NCBI GenBank assembly: GCA_040285825.1
Contig: JAUPSS010000007.1
Coordinates: forward strand, 2,888,689 to 2,952,688
Direction of reading: 5' to 3'
DNA from: Eukaryota sp. TZLM1-RC
Taxonomy: Eukaryota; Protista; Metamonada: BaSk clade
DNA length: 64,000 nucleotides
The notes beneath the pieces were generated by a model. That model did no database searches. It saw only the letters and a list, made by a program, of their open reading frames with translations, and was not told the DNA's origin. The first letter of the stretch is position 1, and every line of letters starts with the position of its first letter. The translations under genes and the position numbers were made by a program. Shown here one piece after another: positions 1 through 11,074 of this stretch.

Positions 1-763
1 CCTGAGCTTCAGTTAGTCCTTTAAGGCTTGCTGACACTAACCCGAGAAGGGAGAGCCTGATGACTTGCTGCTGAGATTGAGGATCCAGCTTTGACTGAAA
101 GTGAACAGGTAATACAGGTACATCTGGTATATCGTAATCGTACATGAAATGGTCAGGGCGCATTGGTTGGTGCATTGGTTGTTGTCCAAGAAACGGATGT
201 CTTTCCTGTTGGTACATAGGCATCAACGAGTTTGAGTACATTGGCCTAAATCCTCCACGAGTTAGATCACTCATTGGTTGCCTGAATGGAGACTGCTGAT
301 GTGTAATTGCTGGATGAACAGATCGAAGCAGCTCTGTCTGTGAAGAACGTGATGCATCAGTAAGTGGAGGTCTCCCTTGAGATGATGGCCTTGAGTCATC
401 GCCTTCACGTTCTTCTGAAGGACTAGACAGTGGTGAAGGGTCACCATCAGATGGATAGGATGAACTCACTTGGATGGCTTGTGGTACATGGCTTTCTTTC
501 GAAGCAAAACTGACCAATGTTTTGCCTGACTCAATTTTAGTTATAATCTCAGATATTTTTGTTGCCATTTTATTAACAACAGTGGTCAGTTCTGTGATGT
601 TCTTGTTCAATGTTGATATGTTATCGGAAAGCACTTGACCATCTGGAGATGGAGAGTTCAGTGAACCCTGAGATAGGGAATGGACTTGCTGTGATTGAAC
701 ACTTGTGGAGTCTGTAGTTGGATTTGCTCCTGTTTCGGTATTTGTATTGGAACCACCAGTCAT
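1..763 (-). CDS. Partial ORF (>254 aa, runs off the window start), Ser/Pro/Gln-rich with an N-terminal coiled-coil-like stretch; host protein or gag-like
   Basis: Hand translation from ATG at 763 (MTGGSNTNTETGANP...NKNITELTTVVNKMATKISEII...) stays open to position 1. The region is more GC-rich than its flanks. It is missing from the ORF track because no stop lies in the window. Confidence 0.55.
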   Translation of the reverse strand, partial: MTGGSNTNTETGANPTTDSTSVQSQQVHSLSQGSLNSPSPDGQVLSDNISTLNKNITELTTVVNKMATKISEIITKIESGKTLVSFASKESHVPQAIQVSSSYPSDGDPSPLSSPSEEREGDDSRPSSQGRPPLTDASRSSQTELLRSVHPAITHQQSPFRQPMSDLTRGGFRPMYSNSLMPMYQQERHPFLGQQPMHQPMRPDHFMYDYDIPDVPVLPVHFQSKLDPQSQQQVIRLSLLGLVSASLKGLTEAQ

Positions 764-932
764 TTGCGAACGGATGCTAAACAGTGTGTAAGAGTTCGCT
801 GTTTTAGACTGTTTTATAGATATCCGTAAAACATTACAATAAAGGAACTGTAAACACAATTTAGTTCAACAATTAATGTTAGTTTTTTTACATCTCATCT
901 TTTTGCAACAACACACTCTAAAGCAATTTGAT

Positions 933-2110
933 TAAATTCCCAGCCATTCACTCCCAAATTTATGTTTTTGCCTGAAAAGGCTTCAGCACCATCTGGTTAA
1001 ATTATATGAAAGCTTGGATTATGAAGTAGGACTTGGCTTGGCCAAAACTGAAAATCCCGCTTTCGGTAATTTTTTCAAGGACATTCGTGATAGTTCTGCT
1101 GCTGCTCTAGTAACTCAAATTCCCTCTGTTTATGGACTTTTGTTAAAAAAACAACGAATGGCTTTTAAACATGCGTTTTCTATGGCCAAAGTTTTCTATG
1201 TATTCTATGGCCAAACAATATGTCCAATCATTCAACATGTAAATGTAACAAACCTCTTTTGTTTACTCATCTTGTGAACTGTAAACATTTTATTGCATTT
1301 AGAAGCAAAGTACAAAATAATGTCAGATCCCAAATTTATGGCATTGCAAATCATATGGAGTAGATTCCTGTTTGGTGATGCCGTTAGGCAGAAATACCAA
1401 AGAAGAAAAGACAGAAGAGAGCATTTATTAATAAAAGATACCTGTTCTTGAACAAGTGTCACGTCATAACGTGAAATACTGAGACACCTAATAACGTAAC
1501 TTATCAGCAACAACAACATTAGAGCCTTTGCTATCAAAATTAATTCTTGATGACCCTAATATTGACAGTACGCGCTACAACAGAGCTTTTATGGGTTTGA
1601 CAAGGAATGATTTGGTTGTTCCGGGCTTAAATGGAAGCTTTACCATTTGAGAGGCCATGTCCATTGACCCTTGTAATTCTTCTAACGAACATTTCATTAA
1701 CTCAGATGTAAAAAATCCTCTTCTTGCTGGCGAAAAATGCAAAATTGCTGAGTACGCGAAACCCATTTCCTCAGTTAATGAAAATTCTCATGCCCAATAT
1801 AATTTATGTCCCTTTGGTTTTTCTTTGCTTGAATCTCTAGGTAAGGCTGCTATGGTTTTCCTTGAGGATTTTGTTGTAGTTGTAAAGGAAAGAACTGGAA
1901 GAATTTTCAATCGTGTTTACTGGCAGAACAGGATTGTACTTTCTATTGGTAGGGGAATGGTGAAAATAATTTCTGAGTCACTTTCTTCTTTTGGTGATTT
2001 TTCTGAATCTTTAGCAATTAATTGTTTCGCTGTAGCAGAGGCAGGTTTTGAGGATGTGCAGCTTAAATTGTGCATTTGATGATTTTTGTTCGTTATTGAT
2101 AGATAAATAT
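933..2110 (+). mobile_element. Degenerate 3' part of a CRE-like RLE non-LTR retrotransposon, family C
   Basis: ORFs 1014-1277 and 1657-2079 align by eye with the intact family C copy at 50900-52117 (MSIDPCNSSNEHF...YWQNRIV...EAGFEDV). Interrupted at 1376-1518. Confidence 0.85.
1376..1518. mobile_element. Solo LTR (143 bp)
   Basis: Absent from the intact family C copy. Ends are TG...AACA, flanked by ttgg/ttag (4-bp TSD, 1 mismatch). The first 15 nt (TGATGCCGTTAGGCA) match 14/15 to the start of the Ty3 LTR at 40033 (- strand). Confidence 0.65.
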
Positions 2111-2905
2111 AATATGAAAATATTTGGTGGGTTTTTGTCAAGCTAAATATTCAGGAAGTTTAGTATTTCGAGGTGGTTTGAAAAATGCGCCACGTAAATT
2201 TGATGAAAGGTAGTTGTGGAGTTTGGGGAAATAGATTTACAACTTTTATATAATGTCGTTTTGAAGGGTATAACTAATTTCAAAAAAGAAAAAACAATTC
2301 AGAGATTTGCCATTTTTTATGACGCTCTTGAATTCAATTCTTTTATAATGAATAGCTTACCTTGGTTTTTCATTAAATAAGAGAAGCAATGGCAAGACAA
2401 CAAGCAGGCCAGGATTTTGTTGAAAAATTTTGGTTCACTGAATTTCCTTCAATCAGTTCTGATTTTATTTTATTAACTGTCTTAGTTCAATAAAATAATT
2501 TTAGATAGAACTGCTTTGTCTTTTTTAATTGTTGTTACCCAAATCGTTAAAAATTGATCAGGAAGAATTTTTGAGCAACTTTTCTGGCAAAATGGAATTG
2601 TATTTTCTATTTTCGAGGAAATGTACAACAAAATTGCTAGTTTGTTGTCATCACTTAAAAATACTATGAACAAGAGGTTATATGTAAGTTTTCGATATTG
2701 GTTGAGGAGTTTGAGGTAATAGATTATTAGTGTTAAAAATTCATTTTGGAAAACACTAATGAAAAGTTCTTGAACACTTCAATAATAATAAGTTCTAAAT
2801 GTTTGTCTAAAAACATAACTGTCATTTTAAGATATCTTTATGATAAATAGAGCAGTGTTGATGGTATCACGATTGATGAAGTTGTATATAATTCGATTGC
2901 AACTT

Positions 2906-4346
2906 ATTTATTGCAAGTTATTTTGGAAAAAATGAAAATTGAACTTGATTCAATTTCTTCTTTAGATATAGAAAAGCATATTAAATTTTTTATGCTTAAA
3001 ATTTGCTACACTGGGAGAATAACCCACATTTTGAGATCTTGTGCTCCTTCCATAGCATTAGATTTTTGTCGTTCTTTTAATTCATTGAGAACAGAATTTT
3101 TTGCTGATTTATTGGATGTAGAACCAGGAATGTTGAAAAGCCATTTATTTTCTTCAGCAAATTTGGGTGGTATTGGATTTACTAAATCTTCAATTTTGTG
3201 TCAATCAGCATTCTTGGGTGGAGGCAAAATTTTATTTATGAATTTTCTCGTAGATTTCCTGATGATTCTCATCTGTTAGTTCCCAATTGCAGTCCTTATT
3301 TGTATGAGTTATCTTGTGAACTTGAAAATTGCCGCCACAAATTTGGACCAAATGTTTTCCTCAATCAATTCAAGAAATTCCAAACCGATCCCTTTTTAAT
3401 TTACAGTTTTGCTGTAAAAAGCTTCAACAAAAATTGTCAAAGATTTTTGAAAGCTTGGATTTTGATGTTAGACTTGGCTTGGCCAAGAAAAAGAATCCCG
3501 CTTTTGCAAATCTTTTACAAGATATGTGTGACAGTACTTCTTCTGCCTTAGTAACAACAATTCCACAAGTTTATGGTACTCTCTTATCCGATTCTGCTTG
3601 GACTCTGAATATGAGATTTCGTTCCTTTATCTGGCCTGATAATTTACCTCATAATTTAATTTGTAAATGTTCTCGAGAAATTACAACTACTCATTTGTTA
3701 AATTGTAAACATTTTATTACTTTTAGAAGCAAGGTTCATGATGCTGTAAGAGACCAGTTATATTGTATGTGTAAATCTCATAGAATTGAATCCTTCTTGG
3801 AACCTCTGTTGTCAAATCTGTTTGATGCTGAAAATGATTTTCATAAGAATAATAGAGGTGATGTCATATTACCTGGATTAGATGGAAGCTTCATTTTATT
3901 GGATGTAATGTCTGTTGATCCTTGTAATGCCTCAAATGAAAGGCTTGTTAATTCTGAAATTCATAATCCCCTTTCAAATGCTGAAAATTTTAAATTCAAA
4001 AAATACAATGAACCTTTGTCCAAATTGGCCAGTCTACAGCATGCAAAATACAATTTGTATCCATTTGTATTTTCCCTTTTTGGTTCACTTGCACCAACTG
4101 CTTTACGTTTTTTGGATGATTTTGAAATGATTGTAAAGAGAAGAACTGGCAGAAATTTCAACAGATTGTTTTGGCAAAATAGAATTGTGTTTTCTATTTT
4201 TAAGGGGATGTTGAAGATGGTTTCTGATGCTTTGCTTTCTCTTGGATCTCATTATGAGAGAGTTGCATCTAGTGTTTTTGTTCTGGGAGAGATGGATTTT
4301 TTAGATGTTGATTTATAGGTTTTGAATAAAATTAAAATTAAAAAAA
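2906..4346 (+). mobile_element. 5'-truncated CRE-like retrotransposon, family A, with poly(A) tail and 16-bp TSD
   Basis: CCHC (CKC..HLLNC) and RLE (RGDV..DV..E..K..KY) motifs in ORF 3329-4318; A-tail. TSD aattcgattgcaactt at 2890-2905 and 4347-4362. Confidence 0.92.
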
Positions 4347-5047
4347 AATTCGATTGCAACTTTGTGGTTTCTTTTGTTTAATAATGGTGCTTGATTTTGT
4401 TTGTATTGTGGAACAACAAGAGCCTATTTTAGATTAGATAAACTTTCTTTTAAAAATCTGTATAGATTTATTACAAAACATTTTTATGAATCAAATTATA
4501 AATTAAACAGACACAATAAAAAAATGACGGGTATATCTCGCAAAAGCCACTACGAATGACTGGCTCGAAATTATGAGTGCGACCGAGTGCGAATATGTTT
4601 GCCCTCAAGAAAATCAGAAACCATTCTGGTATCACACCTTAAATACCAAACTTTGTTGAATTTGAATTTTAATCTAAGAATTTGTAAGTTCCACATCAGG
4701 TAAATAATAGAAAGAGAACTGATGAATTTAGTCATTTGGTGTATTGTAACAATTTGACAATAAAAACAATTGGATTTAAAAGAAAAAGAAAAGATTTACT
4801 ACAGAGATTACTATTAAACACAATGAAGAAAGCTGCAGGTACTGGAATCCTCATAATAAAGCCAAAGTATACATTAAATAAAGGTAGAAATGATGAAATT
4901 AAAATGAAAAAGAACAGACCTCCTGCTAAGGTATACAAAATAAGTTCTTATTAAGTAAACCAAAACAACAACGCTCAATGAGTAAAAACCTCCAATTCTG
5001 GAGGAACACAGTCAGAACTGCATCCCATCTATCGTTGAAGGCAATTC

Positions 5048-5479
5048 TTAGCTTATATGAGGCCAAAAATCGAGCTCCTCAATCTCCTGGTCAGTTAGAG
5101 GAATCCACTTGCCGGCAAAGGGGATGGCCATACAGTTGACCAGTTTCATGTTCTCTGCACCAAAAGGAACGAATACAAGTGATGCAAGAAAGCCAATGCC
5201 TAATGTGGCATGAACTACAATAACAATGATACCACCAAACAGCACCCAAAGCGCTGTGATGACGGAATACTCTAGTGAATTCCGATCTATCGACTCATCT
5301 AGTATGATTTTCTTGTCAAAGGGCATGAATGCATAGAGAGCAAAATGCCAAATTTTATCAATATGGAAGAATCCAATAACCGTGGAGGCAAATATTATGG
5401 ATGAAAGAATGTACAATATGAATAAGATCCACCCAATGGTAAGTGCCCATGTCCAATTATAGATACGAACCAAGTTCAT
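5048..5479 (-). CDS. YccF-like (inner membrane component, DUF307) two-repeat membrane protein, 143 aa
   Basis: Two repeats fit the YccF pattern: NWTWALTIGW...STVIG...ALYAFMPFDKKI and LWVLFGG...HATLG...VPFGAENMKL...PFAGK. First ATG at 5479. Confidence 0.7.
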   Translation of the reverse strand: MNLVRIYNWTWALTIGWILFILYILSSIIFASTVIGFFHIDKIWHFALYAFMPFDKKIILDESIDRNSLEYSVITALWVLFGGIIVIVVHATLGIGFLASLVFVPFGAENMKLVNCMAIPFAGKWIPLTDQEIEELDFWPHIS

Positions 5480-5999
5480 TAGTATTAGTGGCTGAGATTT
5501 CAAGAAACAGAATTCGTTGTTGAAGATAGTGTCTATAACAATGAAATAAAATGGCCTTCTATGAAGAGGAACCAAGATGTTTTTGAGAAATGGAACTACT
5601 AGTGGTAAGATTTTTTTTTTCAGTTTTGATGATACCTTCTTTTTGAATCATGGTGATTACTTACAGCCATGTACTTCATTTACGCTCTATTGATTCAACG
5701 AAGGCTTTGGACTGATATTTCACACACTTTTGATTGATTCACTCATGGATGACCTATTCCATGTTCTTGTATCTATGACCGTCGAAACAATTGCACTGAT
5801 TTCTCCATTTTTCACAATCGAAACAGCAACAACTGGTTTGAAACACATCAATTAAAAAGACGCTACACTCTTCTATTTTTGATGTCAAACTTTTTCTTAT
5901 GGTAGGTTCTTTGATTTTCCTACGTTTTCGATTTTTGTTGATTTACAAGCCAAAATCACTTGAATAATAAATAATAAATAAAAAATAAAATTCATTGAT

Positions 6000-6170
6000 G
6001 TGTGTGTTTCTTTGTACAGAAGTGTTCCCAAGTACTTAAATTTAATGATTTCCAAGCTGTATAAGGATTCATCAAGAGTTGGCGTGGAGAATTTTGTTTC
6101 TTATGTGTATTAATTTCTTTTGTTTTGTTTCTTCGAAGAAAATAAAATCTTTATAAAATAATAAACGATA
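6000..6170 (+). mobile_element. 3' end fragment of CRE-like family H
   Basis: Near-identical to 41157-41320 (SVPKYLNLM.SKLYKDSSRVGVENFVSYV* plus 3' UTR). Confidence 0.75.
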
Positions 6171-6945
6171 CTAAAAAATAAATATTAAATAATAAATTAA
6201 TTTTGTTACTTCCTACATTGTACTTACTAGTACAAAATCGTTATTCAAAAATCTTTTGGTGTAGGTGAATAATCCAAAGTCGGTAGCTACATTTGATAGA
6301 AGTGAAGAATAGTTGATGACCGCAAGAGCTTTACCTTTCACAAATACCATTTGAAACAAAATTACGAATAATGACTCTTGATAAGGAGATATTGTCTTGA
6401 TACTGTGTAGAGACAAGTTGCTGAATGAATAATATGTTCAGTGGTTAAATAAATAATAGAATCAGTAGCAACAATAAAAAACATTAACATTTTAACATTG
6501 AAATTTCAAGAGAAAATTGAGTCAAAAACAGAATTTGTAACTGCTTGAGCAGAGTTTTCAAAAAATTTATTGAACAAACAAATACAAATTACCTCATCTC
6601 CCGTGTGGTTTACTATATTATAGCATTATTAAATAACGGCCCTAATGACACTTTTTTTAGTTTCCAATTCAATTATTACTTTGTATCACAAATTTCACAA
6701 AGATAAGCGTAATTAGAATCTGGTATGTCATACATCCTATTAGAACCATTACTCATAATTCATTAAACTTCTATATCAGAAATGTGGAGAAAAGTGCACG
6801 ATTAAGTCGAAACATAGGTATTGAAGGTGAAAATGACAAAAACTCTTACTATGGTAAGTTTGATACATTGAATCACTGAATCAATACCTTTTAATAAAAC
6901 AAAAAGTCAATTATCGAAGAATTCTGTAGTTAATTATTTAAAAAA

Positions 6946-7180
6946 TTTTTTTTATTTAAATTTAATTTTATTCTAAACCTATAAATCAACATCTAAAAAA
7001 ATCCATCTCTCCCAAAACAAAAACACTAGATGCAACTCTCTCATAGTGAGATCCAAGAGAAAGCAAAGCATCAGAAACCATCTTCAACATCCCCTTAAAA
7101 ATAGAAAACACAATTCTATTTTGCCAAAACAATCTGTTGAAATTTCTGCCAGTTCTTCTCTTTACAATCATTTCAAAATC
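6946..7180 (-). mobile_element. Short 5'-truncated family A insertion with 13-bp TSD
   Basis: ORF 6986-7171 is the family A C-terminus. TSD attatttaaaaaa at 6933-6945 and 7181-7193. Confidence 0.88.
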
Positions 7181-7301
7181 ATTATTTAAAAAAGTCAGGT
7201 TTACAATAACTAAAATGAACTTAATTTATTGATTTGTTAATATGCAAAAAATCTGCTACTCTGAGTTTTGAACACCCATATTCCTGAAATGTAATTTTAT
7301 A

Positions 7302-10300
7302 TTATTTCTTCAATGCAATTCCAAGCATTTCCATCAGCTTCTTCCTATCTTCTTTATAACTCAAAGTTGACCATGATTCACCCATCAAAAGATCAGACAC
7401 ATCATCAATCAAATCATTTTGATTGCAGAACCTATCAATCAAATCCTTTAAAAACAGACAAGAGTATAAGTGGTGTACAGCACAGAGACGCACTCTGGGC
7501 ATTTGATGACCAAGTAACAACACTAAACCGCGAATGCAAGGCATTGGTTCTGTTTCGCAAATATTTGTTAGAATTGAACTAATAACTTCAATTTTCGACA
7601 ATTCAGAACATCGAGCAAGTTCTTTTTTTATATAATTCACCAATTCAGAGGCCAAAACTTTATTATTAAATGTGTAGTCTGGTTCCAAAGTACCATTTTC
7701 TAAAAGTAATTTGAAAGTTTTCAACAGAGGCAGAGACAAACGTGGACATTTGATGGACTTGGTCCAAACAGAAAACAAAGAATTAATAAAAATTTCAGAA
7801 TTATCAAAATTTAAAACAGAGATCAGCTTTGAAAATGCAAATTTTGAAATATATTCAGTTTTTGCGCCAACAGAAGTCACAAGACCTCTAGTAACATAAA
7901 AGGAATAGTTCGGGTCAAAAAGTAAGGTCAATAAGGAATCATAATTGAAATCAATTGACCACCCAAAATTCAAGCATTTCAAACAATTCAAGGCCGCTGC
8001 TGACACCTTGGAATTTTTGGAGAAATACTGCTCCAAAACCAGACAGTTAACCAAATTTTGAAATTTTTGATTGAACTGATCTCCTTTTGTCCTGGAGAAG
8101 TTTGTGTAACAATGATGTAAAATTTGCAATACTGACAACCTGACCCAAGAGCCAACATCGCCTCTGTTGTCATTTTGATAGTCTGAGAGACCATCAATCA
8201 AATCAGAAAAGATGATTTCATCAAGGGTCAAAAAAGAGCTCAAGTTGGAAACTGCCTTGACTGCCAAAGACCTGATTAATGGATCAGAAATGGCAGAACT
8301 TGAATTTTTACCAATCATTGATTCATGGCAGTAATCAATCACTTTTGATTGATTACTGATAAGACAGTCAGAATCAATAACAGCAAACAACCTCAAAATA
8401 GAAGCATTTGGTTTAATCAAAAATTGCTCCAAAATTTGAGGAAAAACAAAAGAGAAAATTGACTGAAAAACCATCGAGAGAGAGCATTGAAGATCAGGAT
8501 TTTCAGTCGAAATTAGCGAAAATAACCAATCAATAATGATTGCTGAGGGTTTAATTGAAGATTTGGAGAAGAACACAGTTAAAAAATCACAAAAAGTTCT
8601 TCCCAAGTCTTCGTTGGTCTTGAATATTGACCTTTTGGTAACATCATTCAATGCTGTAGTGATCAAATCAACCACACAATCATCCAAAGTCAACAAATTT
8701 GATTGAATGAGCTGAGAAAGAAGTAATAATGACCCATGAGGTAGTCTTATGTCAAACCTGGAACCTTTTGCTAGATTACTGAATAATAAATCTAAATCAA
8801 AATCAGTAAAAACAATCTTTCTTGCAATCAAAATGATTGATTTAGCAGACAAAACTCTGATAACAGGGTCCCAATGGAAGATTTTCCGATCTAGCAAATG
8901 ATTAATCATGCTAGATCCATAAAAATGATTGGAAAGATGACTAGCTGACGTCATGAATGAATGATTGAGGTTTCCGACCTGCGAGAAATCAGCACTGGTG
9001 ATTATCTCTAAGCCATCCTTAACATTGGCTCTCCCTACAAGTTCTTGGAAAACTGCCGATCCTGCCCTCCTGCAATTAAGATCACGGTCAAAAAGGGTCA
9101 CATTCAGCAAAAATTTGGATATTTTGTCAACAATTTCTTGATCTTTTACCAAAAACTCATTAGCCTTTATCATACACCACAGCACAAAACAAGAAGAATC
9201 ACGAACATTGGAACCTACCCAGCGACCAGATTTTGGTCGCTCAAAATACAGTAAATGGTCAAGAATGGTCTCAAGAAATTCTTTGACTTGAAGATGGGAA
9301 ATTTGATTTGCCCTGATTGATTCAGCTATGGCCAAAAGACATCCGTGGACAACATCATCATCGTTAGAAGTGGAATTTTTGAATACGTGATCAATCAATA
9401 ATTCTCTCAAATTGTAACTATTTTTAGCAACAGTCGACAAAGAGCGAGCAGCAGTCCATCTAATCATGCTCATTGATGATGTTGTGAAGGACAGAATAAA
9501 TTGGAAACAGTTTAAAATGAATTGATGATCAGAAAAGGATCTACTGCAGATGGTAGTCACTAATTCAATTAAAATACACGTAATCAAAGAATTATTAGAA
9601 ATTAAATTATCTTCAAAATTAGATAGAATAGACACTAATTCAAATATTTTAGGAATAAACTCAGAGAAGCAATCTCCATATAACAGAGAAAAATACAAAG
9701 TTCTCATCAGATTCATGAGTAAATTAATAGTAGAAAGGGAACTATCAAACGTGATTGATTGATTGAATGATTGGAAGGTTGCTGGCTTAGAATTATCTTT
9801 CAAAAAGCCAATCAGACTATCAATCAAATTAATGATAACTTCCATCAAATGATTGCCTTCCTTTCTTACCAATAAACGAGCTAAAGCTTCAGCGGCAGGA
9901 ATTTCGGTAATCGAATTTGATAGAAAGGGAAGCAAACAATCAAAAACCTGCTCTGGTGAACAACGGTCAACGCTGGTCAAGGAGAAAGGTTCAAAAAGAA
10001 CACGACTAACCCAGACCAAGACGACATAAAAAACTACTTCTTTGTGTTGACGACTAACTAACACGTTAATCAAGAGATTTAGTTTAGACAAATTACTGGG
10101 AAAATGAGCACACACAGCTTCAACTGAGCAGACTCTCATCAGGAGATTCAAAGCATTGCAATAGCGATCAATCAAATCATTGCAATCTGATTGATTATGA
10201 TTGATTGACTGAGTCAACAATGGGTCAATTTGACTTGTCAAGCTGATGACAATATGCTCAAGGCCTGGTTTGAGCAGGTAACCATGATGTGAGTACTTTC

Positions 10301-11009
10301 CCACAATATTATTAAACTCAATCAAATCAAAATGATTTGATGGGCTTTTTGATTGGCAAATTTGATTTAATTGTTTTAAATCAGAAGCGACAAATAAACC
10401 GTGCTTTGACTCTTCAAGTTCATTCTCATCCAAGATAGGCAAGTCTACAGTAGACAGGTCATTAATCAGCCAATTGATTGCCTCAGAAATTCCTTGACCA
10501 GTCGCTGCCGAAACAGGAAACACCTCCCAATTTCTATTTTTAGTGACACTTGACACATCATCATGAGTCATCAATCCCAATTCCTCTACCACTTCTTCCC
10601 TTGAAAGTGCCCCTGGAAGATCTTGTTTATTAGCTAAGATGAGAAGAGTGCTCCCAATGAGTCTGTCTGAGCGAAGAACTTCCATTAGTTCAGAGAAGCA
10701 CTCGTCTAAGCGGCCAATGTCAAAAGAGTCCAAAACCCAGATAACAGCATCTGTTCTGTCAAAATAAGTTTTCCAGTAAGAGCGTATGGTGGTCTGTCCA
10801 CCAATATCCCAAATATTGAGTTTAAGAGGTGAAGATGGGGGAGAGTAAGTGTGAATATCAAAGCCAAAGGTAGGAGACATTGTGGAAGTATCATGACCAA
10901 ATATAGATTTAACAACTGTTGTTTTTCCAGCAGAGTCCAGTCCGAGCATAAGAACACGCCGCTCACATTCCTGAGACTTAATATGTCGTATAAGTGAGAT
11001 AAGAGACAT
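7302..11009 (-). CDS. ARL2-TBCD: In-frame fusion of ARL2 small GTPase (aa ~1-185) and tubulin-folding cofactor D (aa ~190-1235)
   Basis: Arf-family motifs GLDSAGKTT, SPTFGF, WDIGGQTTIRSYWKTYF, NKQD with the Arl2-type switch II. Then TBCD signatures GSNVRDSSCFVLW, LFDRDLNCRRAGSAVFQELVGR, YQNDNRGDVGSWVR, LLGHQMPRVR. No stop between the two parts. Confidence 0.92.
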   Translation of the reverse strand: MSLISLIRHIKSQECERRVLMLGLDSAGKTTVVKSIFGHDTSTMSPTFGFDIHTYSPPSSPLKLNIWDIGGQTTIRSYWKTYFDRTDAVIWVLDSFDIGRLDECFSELMEVLRSDRLIGSTLLILANKQDLPGALSREEVVEELGLMTHDDVSSVTKNRNWEVFPVSAATGQGISEAINWLINDLSTVDLPILDENELEESKHGLFVASDLKQLNQICQSKSPSNHFDLIEFNNIVGKYSHHGYLLKPGLEHIVISLTSQIDPLLTQSINHNQSDCNDLIDRYCNALNLLMRVCSVEAVCAHFPSNLSKLNLLINVLVSRQHKEVVFYVVLVWVSRVLFEPFSLTSVDRCSPEQVFDCLLPFLSNSITEIPAAEALARLLVRKEGNHLMEVIINLIDSLIGFLKDNSKPATFQSFNQSITFDSSLSTINLLMNLMRTLYFSLLYGDCFSEFIPKIFELVSILSNFEDNLISNNSLITCILIELVTTICSRSFSDHQFILNCFQFILSFTTSSMSMIRWTAARSLSTVAKNSYNLRELLIDHVFKNSTSNDDDVVHGCLLAIAESIRANQISHLQVKEFLETILDHLLYFERPKSGRWVGSNVRDSSCFVLWCMIKANEFLVKDQEIVDKISKFLLNVTLFDRDLNCRRAGSAVFQELVGRANVKDGLEIITSADFSQVGNLNHSFMTSASHLSNHFYGSSMINHLLDRKIFHWDPVIRVLSAKSIILIARKIVFTDFDLDLLFSNLAKGSRFDIRLPHGSLLLLSQLIQSNLLTLDDCVVDLITTALNDVTKRSIFKTNEDLGRTFCDFLTVFFSKSSIKPSAIIIDWLFSLISTENPDLQCSLSMVFQSIFSFVFPQILEQFLIKPNASILRLFAVIDSDCLISNQSKVIDYCHESMIGKNSSSAISDPLIRSLAVKAVSNLSSFLTLDEIIFSDLIDGLSDYQNDNRGDVGSWVRLSVLQILHHCYTNFSRTKGDQFNQKFQNLVNCLVLEQYFSKNSKVSAAALNCLKCLNFGWSIDFNYDSLLTLLFDPNYSFYVTRGLVTSVGAKTEYISKFAFSKLISVLNFDNSEIFINSLFSVWTKSIKCPRLSLPLLKTFKLLLENGTLEPDYTFNNKVLASELVNYIKKELARCSELSKIEVISSILTNICETEPMPCIRGLVLLLGHQMPRVRLCAVHHLYSCLFLKDLIDRFCNQNDLIDDVSDLLMGESWSTLSYKEDRKKLMEMLGIALKK

Positions 11010-11074
11010 CAGCTGATAGATGTAATGAAGATGAGTAGAATTACAAAGTAAGATGAATCATCTTGGATGATTTT

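Noticed and set aside
4732-5029. Minus-strand membrane-protein-like frame starting MGCSSDC
   Set aside because: In-frame TGA and TAA TAA, and no recognisable family. Other genes show standard stops, so recoding is unsupported.
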